Under the pieces are notes generated by a model that saw only the letters and a program-made list of their open reading frames with translations, was not told where the DNA came from and searched no databases. Position numbers and translations under genes: made by a program. This document shows, piece after piece, positions 30,049 to 40,873 of a DNA stretch of 64,000 bases. Source of the DNA: an uncultured virus (IMG/VR IMGVR_UViG_3300034022_000723) (Duplodnaviria; Heunggongvirae; Uroviricota; Caudoviricetes); the IMG/VR virus record IMGVR_UViG_3300034022_000723, positions 1 through 64,000 of that record. One strand, written 5' to 3'. Every line of letters starts with the position of its first letter. The first letter of the stretch is position 1.

Positions 30049-30998
30049 TGTATTATTGGCAAGAAAAAAATTTAAAAATTGATAAAAACTCAAAAATATT
30101 AATTGGGTTAGGGGATAGTTTCACCCAAGGGCAGGGAGCTTGCTCAATAGATTTGTGGGAAAAATATGATTGGGACATTAATAAAATGAATTTAAATGAG
30201 AACGTAGATGTTTTAGAATCCAATTATAAAAATTCATGGGTTAATAAGATTTGTGAAAATTATTTAACTGATTTTACCCCCATAAATTTTGGCATGTTAG
30301 GGAGAGGTAACAGGGCGGCGGCAAATGAATTGTATTTACATCCAGAGTTAAATTTAGAAATGGCAAAAGAAAAAATTGTTGTTTTTATGTTAAGTGGAAG
30401 AGAAAGGTTTGATTTTGTACATAAAGAATATGCTGAACATGTTCATTTTAAAACAATATGGCCTTCAATTAATGATGACAATCCAGAAAAAGATTTTTTT
30501 GGTGGATATTTAAATTATGCACATAGTGATAAATCTTCAGTAATAGAATTATTGTTAAATATATCATTAGTAAAAAATTGGTGTATTGTTAATAATGCTA
30601 AATTAGTATTAACAAGTGGTTTTGAAAATGATATAAATAGAAAATCATTAATTGATAATATAAAAGGTGTTTCACATGATGATAACACAATGTACAGGGA
30701 ACCAAAAAGAGTTAATGGTTTAGTTGATATAATAGATTGGAATACGTTTTTATACCCAAATGGGAGTTTATGTGTAACTGATTTATTGTTATCTTTAGAA
30801 AAGAGAGACGATTTATTAGATTTAATATTGAGCATGGATAATTTTAGGAAATTATCTGTTTCAATTGATAAAATAAGTGATTATGGTTATATTACAAAAT
30901 GTTCACACCCATCATATAAAGGTCATGAAGTAATATCGGAAATCATATATAAACACATAATAACAATGGGAGATTCCTTAATACCAAAAAATAAATAA
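30048..30998 (+). CDS. SGNH/GDSL-like protein
   Basis: GLGDSFTQG; GRGN; SHPSYKGH. Confidence 0.65.
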   Translation: MYYWQEKNLKIDKNSKILIGLGDSFTQGQGACSIDLWEKYDWDINKMNLNENVDVLESNYKNSWVNKICENYLTDFTPINFGMLGRGNRAAANELYLHPELNLEMAKEKIVVFMLSGRERFDFVHKEYAEHVHFKTIWPSINDDNPEKDFFGGYLNYAHSDKSSVIELLLNISLVKNWCIVNNAKLVLTSGFENDINRKSLIDNIKGVSHDDNTMYREPKRVNGLVDIIDWNTFLYPNGSLCVTDLLLSLEKRDDLLDLILSMDNFRKLSVSIDKISDYGYITKCSHPSYKGHEVISEIIYKHIITMGDSLIPKNK

Positions 30999-31004
30999 TA
31001 TAAA

Positions 31005-31445
31005 ATGAAAAACAACGAAAGAAAGTATTTGCCGACTTTGGCAGAATTAGTAGATAGGTTAAGTATATCACAATTAAAGGAAGTTTTTATAACTGAACAT
31101 AAAGAGGAATACTCACAAGAAATAAGAGACATTCAACATGACGTTCAATTATTTTTAAATGAACATCCTAACACTATAAATGCAGAAACCATCAGAGCAA
31201 TAGTTGTTTTAGCACAAACCAATTTACATATTTGGCATAACGAATCTAATTATCGTAAAGGTATAAAAGATGGAAATAATTTAGAATTAACACATGGGTT
31301 AAATGGTGTTAGAAATACCGCAAAGAATAAAATACAAGAAGTTGTGGGAGGTAGAAAAGATTATAAACTTGATTGTTTGGCGGCTGAATTTCAAAATTGG
31401 GGAATAAGTTGGAGTAAAACCGACATAACAGAAGAAGAAGGTTAA
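31005..31445 (+). CDS. Hypothetical helical protein
   Basis: 146-aa ORF in the operon; LAELVDRLSI N-terminus. Confidence 0.6.
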   Translation: MKNNERKYLPTLAELVDRLSISQLKEVFITEHKEEYSQEIRDIQHDVQLFLNEHPNTINAETIRAIVVLAQTNLHIWHNESNYRKGIKDGNNLELTHGLNGVRNTAKNKIQEVVGGRKDYKLDCLAAEFQNWGISWSKTDITEEEG

Positions 31446-31455
31446 ATGTAATTTT

Positions 31456-32067
31456 ATGTACACTAAAAACAAAAGCGATTTATTGGAAATTGGTTACACA
31501 GTAATTGACAATTTTTTACCGACCGATGTTGCAAAAAAAATACATGATTTATTCGTAAATGAACAAACATGGGAACTTAAACATCAAGTAAGAGAAAATC
31601 ACTTTGAGCACGTTTTTAAAACCGAATCACCTTACTTACCTAAAGGAGACGAAATATACTCAACAAGATATAGTAGGTCCGTTACATTAGAACAAAACGA
31701 AGATATTAAAAATACGTACAATGAATTTTTTGTACCGATGTTAAAGGAAGTATCACCATTTGAATTGAATGAATTTGACATTAGATGTCACAAATCAGAT
31801 AAAGGAGATTACTTCAGAACACACATTGATGATTATGGTGGACACATTAATTTAATATACTATGTAAATGAAAAATGGATGTGGGATTGGGGAGGAATAC
31901 TAAACGTTGTTGATGATAAAGATTTTGAATTTAATAAACAAGTTCTACCTAAATTCAATAGGGTTACATTACTAAATAATAAAGTTTTTAGATCACCTCA
32001 CTTTGTTAGTTCAGTTGAGGAGTATGCACAATTTCCAAGATACTCAATTGTATCATTTAATAAGTAA
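31456..32067 (+). CDS. 2OG-Fe(II) oxygenase
   Basis: THIDD (HxD); WDWGG; PKFNR; PHFV; RYSI. Confidence 0.8.
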   Translation: MYTKNKSDLLEIGYTVIDNFLPTDVAKKIHDLFVNEQTWELKHQVRENHFEHVFKTESPYLPKGDEIYSTRYSRSVTLEQNEDIKNTYNEFFVPMLKEVSPFELNEFDIRCHKSDKGDYFRTHIDDYGGHINLIYYVNEKWMWDWGGILNVVDDKDFEFNKQVLPKFNRVTLLNNKVFRSPHFVSSVEEYAQFPRYSIVSFNK

Positions 32068-32068
32068 T

Positions 32069-32806
32069 ATGAGGTTACATGGATATGGAGATAGTTGGAC
32101 TGAGGGACAAGGAACCACTAATAATAGAAATGAATGGAAAAAACATTCTTGGCTAAAAATAGTGTCAGATAAACTTAATGTAAAATCCATTAATAACGGC
32201 ATTTCAGGAAATTCAAATTTAAATATTTTTAATAAAATTGTTGACGATTTAATTGAAGGTAAGATTGAAAAAAATGATATTGTGGTTATTATGTGGTCAT
32301 CATCTTTAAGGGATTTGGTACCATTTTTACCTAAAAACGAATGGGTTAGCTGGTCAATAAAACACTTAATAGAATATCCCCACAAATTCGTTGAGTCATA
32401 TCAAAGTGAAAATGAAAAATATAATAATTTTTTGTGTTCATTTAAAGAATTATACGTATCCAATTTATTTAATCAAAATTATTATAATATAGTTAACCAA
32501 AACTATATTATTTTTTTACAGAAGATGTTTGATTTTTATGAAGTTAAATATGTAATGTGTGATGCTTTTGAAAGTATGATAATTGAATTAAATAAACATG
32601 ATGATAGGTTAGATATAATTGATAAAAAATATTATTGGAGGTTCGGTAAAAAAACCATAAGAGATTTCTTGAACGATACAAACAGAGAAGATATTTGGGA
32701 ACATAGTGAAAATTATAAAGATAGACCAACCCAACATCCTAATATCCATGGGTATAAATTAATTTCTGATATGTTATATGATTTTATAATAAAAGCACAT
32801 TATTAA
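32069..32806 (+). CDS. SGNH/GDSL-like protein
   Basis: GYGDSWTEG; GNSN; QHPNIHGY; ATG at 32069 preferred. Confidence 0.65.
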   Translation: MRLHGYGDSWTEGQGTTNNRNEWKKHSWLKIVSDKLNVKSINNGISGNSNLNIFNKIVDDLIEGKIEKNDIVVIMWSSSLRDLVPFLPKNEWVSWSIKHLIEYPHKFVESYQSENEKYNNFLCSFKELYVSNLFNQNYYNIVNQNYIIFLQKMFDFYEVKYVMCDAFESMIIELNKHDDRLDIIDKKYYWRFGKKTIRDFLNDTNREDIWEHSENYKDRPTQHPNIHGYKLISDMLYDFIIKAHY

Positions 32807-34068
32807 TTTAATAAATTTTTAATAAAAAGATAATCACTTTTATTTTTGCCTATTTGAATTACTTTGTTTTTATTATCTTCAAATCTTTGTGAATTTTTTG
32901 AATAAAATTCAATTAAAGTCTCTTTATTTTCATGTAATCTTTTTAATTCTTCTGTAATCATTTTAAATCTTTTCTTTTGATCCGGCTCATTATCATAACT
33001 ATGATTAATTACATCATCAAAAAAATCAAAATTATATTTTTCTTTTAATGATTTAATGTGGTGGTGTGTTGCCAAAATAATCGGAAACTGATAGTAAAAA
33101 AATGGTTTAAATGATTTTTCGGTTATATGAATAACATTTCCTAAATCAATAAATTGTGATTCCGTAACAATATTAATATATGCGTTTTTATAATTGTGCG
33201 GTATGTCTGGTGGATAAAGCCTGTTTACATAAATTGGGTTTATAATTGTTATTTCATTATTATCATCAAATTCTAAATCATTTACCTCGGTGTCACTAAT
33301 TTTTATTTTTAAATTATCAATATATTCAATTTCATCATGTAGTGTCTCTAATTCACTATCATCAAATAAAGACAAATAATTTGAATTTTGACATTTTTTA
33401 GAATATAAAGGTATAAAAGACCAATTTGTGTCATCTAATAATTTATTTTTTAACATATAAATCAATAAGCTACATCTATGTATTTTAGGACCTCTATTAA
33501 AACACATAAAAAATTTATTTTTTTCATATACATCAAATGGTATGTCATTTTTTTCAAGGGATAATGCAACTACGATTGGTAAGTACATTATACTATATAC
33601 GTTAATTTCTGACTTATAATTAATGACGTAATGATTTAATTTATAATTGTTATTAACAATGTATATTTGTTTAGGTGAAACACCAATGTTATTTAAAACG
33701 GCAAATCCATTTTCATTATCTGACTCATGATGAGAAAAAAATATAAGATTAAAATTTTTACATATTTTTAAACATTCAATAATTTCTTCAGAAAGGATTA
33801 GTTTATCGTTAATAATTTCATCAATACTTATTGAAGCATGACAAATTACGTAATAAAATTTTTCATTTGAATTGTCATAAACATCTTTAATTTTATGATT
33901 TTTAATTACAATTTTACCTGACTCATCACAATTTGAAAATGAATTAATATACGACTTTATAAAATCTTCAAAATCCCAAAAAATTTTATTCGGATAATGA
34001 CTCTTTCCGTTAAAAATTGGAGCATCACCATCCCAAATATCGTACACTAAATTTAAAATGTTATTCAT
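32803..34068 (-). CDS. 'TEK-family' putative glycosyltransferase-like protein
   Basis: FMCFNRGPKIHR; INIVTES; HITEKSFKPF; FDDVINHSYD. Confidence 0.55.
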   Translation of the reverse strand: MNNILNLVYDIWDGDAPIFNGKSHYPNKIFWDFEDFIKSYINSFSNCDESGKIVIKNHKIKDVYDNSNEKFYYVICHASISIDEIINDKLILSEEIIECLKICKNFNLIFFSHHESDNENGFAVLNNIGVSPKQIYIVNNNYKLNHYVINYKSEINVYSIMYLPIVVALSLEKNDIPFDVYEKNKFFMCFNRGPKIHRCSLLIYMLKNKLLDDTNWSFIPLYSKKCQNSNYLSLFDDSELETLHDEIEYIDNLKIKISDTEVNDLEFDDNNEITIINPIYVNRLYPPDIPHNYKNAYINIVTESQFIDLGNVIHITEKSFKPFFYYQFPIILATHHHIKSLKEKYNFDFFDDVINHSYDNEPDQKKRFKMITEELKRLHENKETLIEFYSKNSQRFEDNKNKVIQIGKNKSDYLFIKNLLN

Positions 34069-34614
34069 TTATAAATTATAAAGTTCAGGATACTCAACTA
34101 TAACATGAATTCCACCCTTTTCATACGCATTTTTATAGTGAAATTCAATTGATTCCCAATCTTTTAAATCGATAAAATTAATATTGGGACACATCGATTT
34201 AAATTCATTAAAATAATTACCTTTATGTTGATGACCTGGATCCAATGGATTATCTGAACCTTTACCCACACGAATAATCATGTTAGGTTTCCATTCACCA
34301 CCACTCATTAAACCAATTTTATCAACATGGTTAACTAATTGATTTGTTGCACATATTAAAAAGTCCCAACGAGGGTAGAATGTAATAACAAACTTACCGA
34401 CCATCGCCATCCCTAATGACATTCCCATTTGTGAATCTTCCATTACAGGAACCTCAATCATTTTTTCTTTAGAAACATTATTTAAAGTAGAACTCATTGG
34501 GTTTCCAGGCCAAATAATTTGTTGACCAATAAAAACTGTATCATTTTGTTGACCTAAATAAGTCATTGAGTTAGTCAATGCATCTTTATAAGGTGTTTGT
34601 TGTTGTGTATTCAT
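34069..34614 (-). CDS. TPP-dependent enzyme, E1-beta/transketolase pyrimidine-binding domain (short)
   Basis: VFIGQ; EVPVMEDSQMGMSLGMA; NQLVNH; GHQH. Confidence 0.75.
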   Translation of the reverse strand: MNTQQQTPYKDALTNSMTYLGQQNDTVFIGQQIIWPGNPMSSTLNNVSKEKMIEVPVMEDSQMGMSLGMAMVGKFVITFYPRWDFLICATNQLVNHVDKIGLMSGGEWKPNMIIRVGKGSDNPLDPGHQHKGNYFNEFKSMCPNINFIDLKDWESIEFHYKNAYEKGGIHVIVEYPELYNL

Positions 34615-34628
34615 CTAATTTTTAATGT

Positions 34629-35261
34629 TTAAAATATAACCCATTTACCTGTACCATAGTGAGGCCATTGCTTTTCGTAGTCATACCAAATAATGTCATT
34701 TGGAACTCCACTTTTAACCCCCCACGTTTCAATTGTTGGGGTATTTGTCGATACTCCATTATCTTCGATGACAAATTTAATAGGTAAATCAAAATTTTTG
34801 GCATACTTGTGGTTTTCCATGAAAATACCTGTTTCATATGTCATGTCACCTAAAAAACACCATACTATGTCATTACTACCATTTCTTTTATTTGCAATTG
34901 CCGCACCAACCGCTATCGGTATAATACCGGCAACAATTCCTGAACTATAAAAATTCTCTTCTTTGTTTATAATCGTTATTGAACGACCTTCCAATATCTC
35001 TTGTTCTAACCATTCCGAAGGAACACCTTTTAATAATGCATGATAATGGGATCTCCAAGTCGAAAAAACCCAATCGGTTTTTTTAATTCGTTTAAAAATT
35101 TCAATTAATTCGTCCTCATTACCACCATTTAAATGTATGGGACCTCTTACTTTACCAGATTCCCAATAGTCGGCCATTTTCCTTTCGAATTGAATAAGTC
35201 CATGTTTATCCCAAAGTGAATTCCTAACAATTGGTAGATTATCGTTTAAATTTTTTACCAT
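34629..35261 (-). CDS. TPP-dependent enzyme, E1-alpha-like subunit
   Basis: GPIHL.GGNE; STWRSHYH; CFLGD...EDN TPP motif. Confidence 0.8.
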   Translation of the reverse strand: MVKNLNDNLPIVRNSLWDKHGLIQFERKMADYWESGKVRGPIHLNGGNEDELIEIFKRIKKTDWVFSTWRSHYHALLKGVPSEWLEQEILEGRSITIINKEENFYSSGIVAGIIPIAVGAAIANKRNGSNDIVWCFLGDMTYETGIFMENHKYAKNFDLPIKFVIEDNGVSTNTPTIETWGVKSGVPNDIIWYDYEKQWPHYGTGKWVIF

Positions 35262-35354
35262 AATACTAATATAATAAAAAATAATTAAATACCGAATAGT
35301 TTTAGTTAATTTATTGTTTTTTTAAATAAATTTTCTTATATTTCATATATCAAT

Positions 35355-36644
35355 ATGGAAAAAATTATTTGTAGTTTAGAAGATTGGGACAGTATTTTTG
35401 ATTATTACAGACCTAACGGATCTTCTAAAACTTGGTATATAAAGGAATCAAAAAAATTGGCAATTCCACATACATTGGGGGAATGGAATGTATTAACGGA
35501 AGATGGTGAAATGTTTGACTTAGAACATTTAAGACATCAAACTACACCTAAAATTTGTAATTTAATTCAATATACACCAAAAAACGAATTAAATGGTTCG
35601 TCACATATATACATTATTAATATATATACGAATACGTTTTTTGAAAATAATTTAGATATTGGGTTTTCATGCATTTCAAAGAATTATATAGATGATATAA
35701 GAAATGGTAAATCTAAAATATTAATGTTTTTTATATATGAAGGTTATTCCGGAATGGAAAATAATGAAGATTTTGAGATAATAGAAAAATGGAGATTAGA
35801 ATCAAATTTACCAAAAAATTCTATCTTTTATGTGTGTGGAAATTTATTGTCAGAAAAAATAGTAATTGAAAGAAATTTAGGGTTTGGAGCAAAAGGGGTT
35901 TCACATTTTGAGCCGTGGAATAAATATAAGGGGAGAATCGTATCTTTTGAACCGACAAATGAAAAATATCTTTTTTTATCCTATAATAGACAATATAGAC
36001 ATCAAAGAATAAGATTTATAATTGATTTATTGGAAAAAAATCTTATATATAAAGGATTAATTAGTATAGATAAAATTTCAGAAATACCTTATGAAGTTTC
36101 AGATAATATAAAATCATTTTTTGATAATGAAACACCAATGACGATTGATACGATGCCTGAATTAAAATATAATTTGGCGGTTAACATAACTGTTGAAGAT
36201 TTTAAAAAAACATTTATTTCAGTAGTTACGGAAACATTAGTTGATGACGGGACACTATTTTTTTCTGAAAAAATTTGGAAACCAATTATGGTAGGTCATC
36301 CATTTATGGTTTACGGTAATCAGTATTCGTTAAAGTATTTAAAATCAATCGGTTTCAAAACGTTTGATAGATGGATAGATGAGAGTTATGATGATGAACC
36401 TGATAGGGATAAAAGATCTAAAATGATTGTTAATGAGTTAGAAAAATTTAGTTTAAAATCTTTAGATGAATTAAAAAAATTGAGAGAAGAAATGTTTGAG
36501 ATATGTGAATTTAATTACAACCATTTCAAAACTTATTATTTTGAAAATTACGGTGAAACCGACGAATCTAAAACAATTAAAGAAGTTTTAATAGGTATTT
36601 GGGAAGATATAAATAAAAATGGTAACAAAAAGAAATTAATATGA
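35355..36644 (+). CDS. 'TEK-family' putative glycosyltransferase-like protein
   Basis: FLSYNRQYRHQR; SVVTET; FFSEKIWKPI; GFKTF..WIDESYD. Confidence 0.55.
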   Translation: MEKIICSLEDWDSIFDYYRPNGSSKTWYIKESKKLAIPHTLGEWNVLTEDGEMFDLEHLRHQTTPKICNLIQYTPKNELNGSSHIYIINIYTNTFFENNLDIGFSCISKNYIDDIRNGKSKILMFFIYEGYSGMENNEDFEIIEKWRLESNLPKNSIFYVCGNLLSEKIVIERNLGFGAKGVSHFEPWNKYKGRIVSFEPTNEKYLFLSYNRQYRHQRIRFIIDLLEKNLIYKGLISIDKISEIPYEVSDNIKSFFDNETPMTIDTMPELKYNLAVNITVEDFKKTFISVVTETLVDDGTLFFSEKIWKPIMVGHPFMVYGNQYSLKYLKSIGFKTFDRWIDESYDDEPDRDKRSKMIVNELEKFSLKSLDELKKLREEMFEICEFNYNHFKTYYFENYGETDESKTIKEVLIGIWEDINKNGNKKKLI

Positions 36645-37780
36645 GAATTGGATTTATTGGAATTGGTAAATTAGGAAAAGAGGCCGCTGAAGTTATGCAG
36701 AGTGCTAATCACGATGTTCTTGGTTACGATGTGATGGAAATTAAGGATAGTACAATATCTATGACAACATCATTAGAAGATGTTTGTAGAGATAGGGAAT
36801 TGATATTCATTGCGGTACCGACCCCACATCACAAAGATTACGATGGGAGTCAACCAACATCACATTTGGAACCAAAAGATTTTGACTATTCAATTGTTAA
36901 GGGTATTTTGAATGAGATAAATCAACATACAACAAAAGAACAGTTAGTTGTTTTAATATCAACAGTTTTACCCGGCACCACAAGACGTGAATTTATACCA
37001 TTGGTTAAAAATTATCGTTTTATATATAATCCATACCTAATTGCAATGGGTACAGTTAAAGAAGATATGGTCAAACCAGAAATGTTAATAATAGGTACGG
37101 AGGACGGGTCAAGAACGGGAGACGCGGAAAAACTAACAGAGTTCTACGGAACATTCATACACCCCGAAACAAGATGTGAAATAGGTACATGGGACGATGC
37201 GGAGGCTATTAAAATATTTTATAACACATTTATTTCTACTAAGTTATCATTAGTGAATATGATAATGGATGTAGCGGAAAAAAATGGTAATATGAATACC
37301 GATATTGTTACTGGTGCATTAGAGAGAAGTTCGTATAGAATTATGGGACCGGCTTATATGAAAGCTGGAATGGGAGATGGTGGAGGATGTCATCCGAGAG
37401 ATAATATTGCGTTGAGGTTTATGGCACAAGAATATGGTTTAACATATGATTTATTTGATGCAGTAATGAAATCAAGAGAGGAACAGGCACATAATATTGC
37501 TAATAAAATGATGGAACTAAAGGATAAATATAATTTACCACTTGTAATTATGGGAGAAAGTTTTAAACCTGGTGTTCCGTATGTGGATGGTTCTTATACG
37601 AGATTAATCGCTCATTATTTAAATTACCCAATGAATTTTGATTTAATAGACGGACCCGCAATATACTTATTAGGGCATAGAGGAACACATAATGATACTG
37701 TTTTCCCTGAAGGTAGTATTGTATTAGACCCATGGAGAGAAAGAAAATACAAAGACACAGTTTATTATGGAGGAAAATAA
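36641..37780 (+). CDS. UDP-glucose/GDP-mannose 6-dehydrogenase family protein
   Basis: GFIGIGKLG; FIAVPTP; STVLPGT; AEAIK..YN; GGGCHPRD. Confidence 0.85.
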   Translation: MRIGFIGIGKLGKEAAEVMQSANHDVLGYDVMEIKDSTISMTTSLEDVCRDRELIFIAVPTPHHKDYDGSQPTSHLEPKDFDYSIVKGILNEINQHTTKEQLVVLISTVLPGTTRREFIPLVKNYRFIYNPYLIAMGTVKEDMVKPEMLIIGTEDGSRTGDAEKLTEFYGTFIHPETRCEIGTWDDAEAIKIFYNTFISTKLSLVNMIMDVAEKNGNMNTDIVTGALERSSYRIMGPAYMKAGMGDGGGCHPRDNIALRFMAQEYGLTYDLFDAVMKSREEQAHNIANKMMELKDKYNLPLVIMGESFKPGVPYVDGSYTRLIAHYLNYPMNFDLIDGPAIYLLGHRGTHNDTVFPEGSIVLDPWRERKYKDTVYYGGK

Positions 37781-38504
37781 AAAAATTTTAATTGCTAGTG
37801 GTTGTAGTTTTACACACCAACCTTGGAGTTGGGCATACAAACTTAAAGAGTTAAATGAATATGACTTATTGAACGTATCAATGCCATGTCAAGGAAATAA
37901 CATTATTGCTCAAAAGGTTTTATATAATGTTAATGAACAATTAAAAACAAAAAAAAGTGAAGAAATAATTGTCGGTATCATGTGGAGTGGTATTGATAGA
38001 CACAATTTCTTTATAGATAATAATTTAAGATTAGAGAATGTAGACGGATGGGAAGAAAACCCAACAAGTATAGTTGAAAACCGTAAAAATTGGGTTATAA
38101 TAAATTCACATTGGAACACACCATTAGCTAAAATGTGGTATCAAAATTTCCATACATATGTAGGTGCAATGATAGAAACGTTACGAAATATTTTATTAGT
38201 ACAATTATATTTAGAAAAAAATAATATAAAATATTTTATGACCACATATATGGATATTTTAAATAAAGAAAACGAAACAACATTAAAACATCCTGAAGTT
38301 GAATATTTATTTAATATGGTAAATTTTGAGAAATTCTTACCGATAAATGGGTGTCATGAATGGGTTAAAATTAATTGTAAAGATAAAGGTTTTAATAAAC
38401 CTGATTTTAATGGATATATAGGAATTCACCCAAATGATTATGGGCATGAAATGTTTACAAAAGAAATAATATTACCATTTTTAAAAAATATAAATGTTAG
38501 ATAA
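37767..38504 (+). CDS. SGNH/GDSL-like protein
   Basis: ASGCSFT; QGN; IMWSG; HPNDYGH. Confidence 0.6.
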   Translation: MEENKKILIASGCSFTHQPWSWAYKLKELNEYDLLNVSMPCQGNNIIAQKVLYNVNEQLKTKKSEEIIVGIMWSGIDRHNFFIDNNLRLENVDGWEENPTSIVENRKNWVIINSHWNTPLAKMWYQNFHTYVGAMIETLRNILLVQLYLEKNNIKYFMTTYMDILNKENETTLKHPEVEYLFNMVNFEKFLPINGCHEWVKINCKDKGFNKPDFNGYIGIHPNDYGHEMFTKEIILPFLKNINVR

Positions 38505-40872
38505 AAGAGTTGGAATCTATAATATATCACATGTTGATGGAAGAGTAGGACAAGGTTTATCTTACATTATTGATGAAATTAAAAGATATAATTTTAACAA
38601 AATATTTTTTTTTAATATCACTGAGGCATCTTTTCGTGCGTTAGATAACGAAGAAAACTTTAAAATTTTTAAAAATTTATTGATTGATAGGAATATTAAA
38701 TTATATATTATTTGTGGTGCCGAATACCAACATCACATACATAAATCGGAATCAATATTTGGTAATAAACGTATAGTTGATTATATAAATATATTACCCT
38801 GGGGAACTTCATTGTTACACTATACAATGTACCATTTAAAATCACAAATATCTAATTTTGAAAATATAATAGATAGAAATAATTTTAATTATCTTTATCT
38901 ATGCTACAATAATAAGTCAAGATATCATAGATGTGAATTAATTGATAACCTATCAAAACATGAACTATTAAACGATGGTTTAGTATCTTGGAGAATGATT
39001 AAATACGATGATTACCAAATTAATTACGAATTTAAATATTGGAACGAAACATTGTTAAATATTGATTTAGAAGACGACGGAAAACAAATATTAAATGAAT
39101 GGACAAAACAAATATTGATACCCAATACATTTTTAACAATTGTAACAGAATCTAGTGATGATTTTCTTTTTGTAACAGAAAAAACCTTTAAGGCGATTTT
39201 ATTAGAACAACCATTTATATGTTTAGGTTATATGAACCAAAATTATATATTAGAAGAATATGGATTTGAATTATATCACGAAATAATTGATTATACATTT
39301 GATAAAAAACCAAATTTAAAGGAAAGAACTGATGGTGTAGTTAATAATTTATTAAATCTTAAAAATAAAAATTTAAATGATTTAAACAATATTATTAAAG
39401 ATAAGATTAAAAGAAATAAAAAAAGAGCGTTAGAAATCATAGAAAAAGATCCTTTTTTACCAAAAGAATTAATTGAATTATTTAAAGAATATACATATGA
39501 GGTACATGATGCAATTAATCAGGATGTAATCCCAAGTTACTTTTTAAATACGATTAAAAATATGATTAAAAAAAATACAATAAATTTAGTGTATGATGAT
39601 TGGTTAGACATTGACAATACAAATTATAACGGTAAAAAACATTTTCCTAATTTACATTTTGGAGATATGCATCATTTAATGTGGTCATATTTAGATAAAG
39701 GACTTTTTTTTGGATATCTACAAAATACATTATCGAGTAATGATAAATTTGAATTAAAAAAATGTAGATTTAATGAAGTATATGAGAGACCCGATGAAAA
39801 TTTTTATTATTTCATAACATTACATGGATTTAATTATGAACAAATTTTTAAACAAGCAAAATTTGAACAATTTTTTAATGAAAATTTAAAAAATGTTTTG
39901 TTAAAATGTGAAAATTTTTACGTGGGATTTGTTACAGAACACGAATCAGATGACGAAAACGGGTTTTTAGAACTTAATAATTTTGTAATTAAAAATAATT
40001 TAAATCCAAAACAATTTTATTTTATTAATAATAACTCATTAATTGATGATATTAAAAAAGAACATAATAGTGATATTAACGTATATAAAATTAATTTTTT
40101 ACCATTCTCATCAACTAGAGTATTAGAAATGGAGGGAGAGTGTTCTTTAATAACAGAAAAAAAAGGTAAATTTTTTATGTGTTTTAATAAAGGACCTAAA
40201 AGACATAGGTATGCGTTGTTATGTTTATTGAAAAAAAATAATTTATTAGAGGATATAAATTGGTCGTTAATACCTGACTATAATCCAAATGCTGAAAATG
40301 AATTTTATAGTCACATATTTAATTCACAAGAAATTGAATCGATAAAAGAAGAAATAAAATATTTTTTAAATATTGGAATTAAAAAAAATGATTATGAAAT
40401 AGATGCAAATTGGATAGATGGTGAGGGTAATTTTGTTAAAAATATTTTACCTGAATGGATGTTAGTCCCGACATTATGTGTGAATCATGAAAATTCTTAT
40501 ATTAACATAACTACGGAATCACAATATTTAGACGAAAATAAAGTTATCCACATAACCGAAAAATCATTTAAACCATTTTATTATTTTCAGTTTCCTTTAA
40601 TATTAGCAACTCATAATCACATAAAAAAGATGAAAGAATTATATGATTATGATTTTTTTGATGATATAATTAATCATGAATATGATAGTGAACCAAATTT
40701 CAAAAAAAGATTATACATGTTTGTAGAAGAAATAAAAAGATTGAATCAAAATAAAGAACAAATAAAAGAATTTTATAGAAATAACCAACAACGTTTTATT
40801 GATAATAAAAACAAAGTTTTAAAGATGTTGTCGGATACTTCAGATTTTACATTTTTTAAAAATTTAATATAA
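38494..40872 (+). CDS. Double-domain 'TEK-family' putative glycosyltransferase-like protein
   Basis: Two copies: CYNNKSRYHR...VTEKTFK and CFNKGPKRHR...ITEKSFKPF. Confidence 0.55.
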   Translation: MLDKRVGIYNISHVDGRVGQGLSYIIDEIKRYNFNKIFFFNITEASFRALDNEENFKIFKNLLIDRNIKLYIICGAEYQHHIHKSESIFGNKRIVDYINILPWGTSLLHYTMYHLKSQISNFENIIDRNNFNYLYLCYNNKSRYHRCELIDNLSKHELLNDGLVSWRMIKYDDYQINYEFKYWNETLLNIDLEDDGKQILNEWTKQILIPNTFLTIVTESSDDFLFVTEKTFKAILLEQPFICLGYMNQNYILEEYGFELYHEIIDYTFDKKPNLKERTDGVVNNLLNLKNKNLNDLNNIIKDKIKRNKKRALEIIEKDPFLPKELIELFKEYTYEVHDAINQDVIPSYFLNTIKNMIKKNTINLVYDDWLDIDNTNYNGKKHFPNLHFGDMHHLMWSYLDKGLFFGYLQNTLSSNDKFELKKCRFNEVYERPDENFYYFITLHGFNYEQIFKQAKFEQFFNENLKNVLLKCENFYVGFVTEHESDDENGFLELNNFVIKNNLNPKQFYFINNNSLIDDIKKEHNSDINVYKINFLPFSSTRVLEMEGECSLITEKKGKFFMCFNKGPKRHRYALLCLLKKNNLLEDINWSLIPDYNPNAENEFYSHIFNSQEIESIKEEIKYFLNIGIKKNDYEIDANWIDGEGNFVKNILPEWMLVPTLCVNHENSYINITTESQYLDENKVIHITEKSFKPFYYFQFPLILATHNHIKKMKELYDYDFFDDIINHEYDSEPNFKKRLYMFVEEIKRLNQNKEQIKEFYRNNQQRFIDNKNKVLKMLSDTSDFTFFKNLI

Positions 40873-40873
40873 T

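Noticed and set aside
34069..35261. Housekeeping pyruvate dehydrogenase as an auxiliary metabolic gene
   Set aside because: Both subunits are short, no E2/E3 in the window, and the context is sugar biosynthesis
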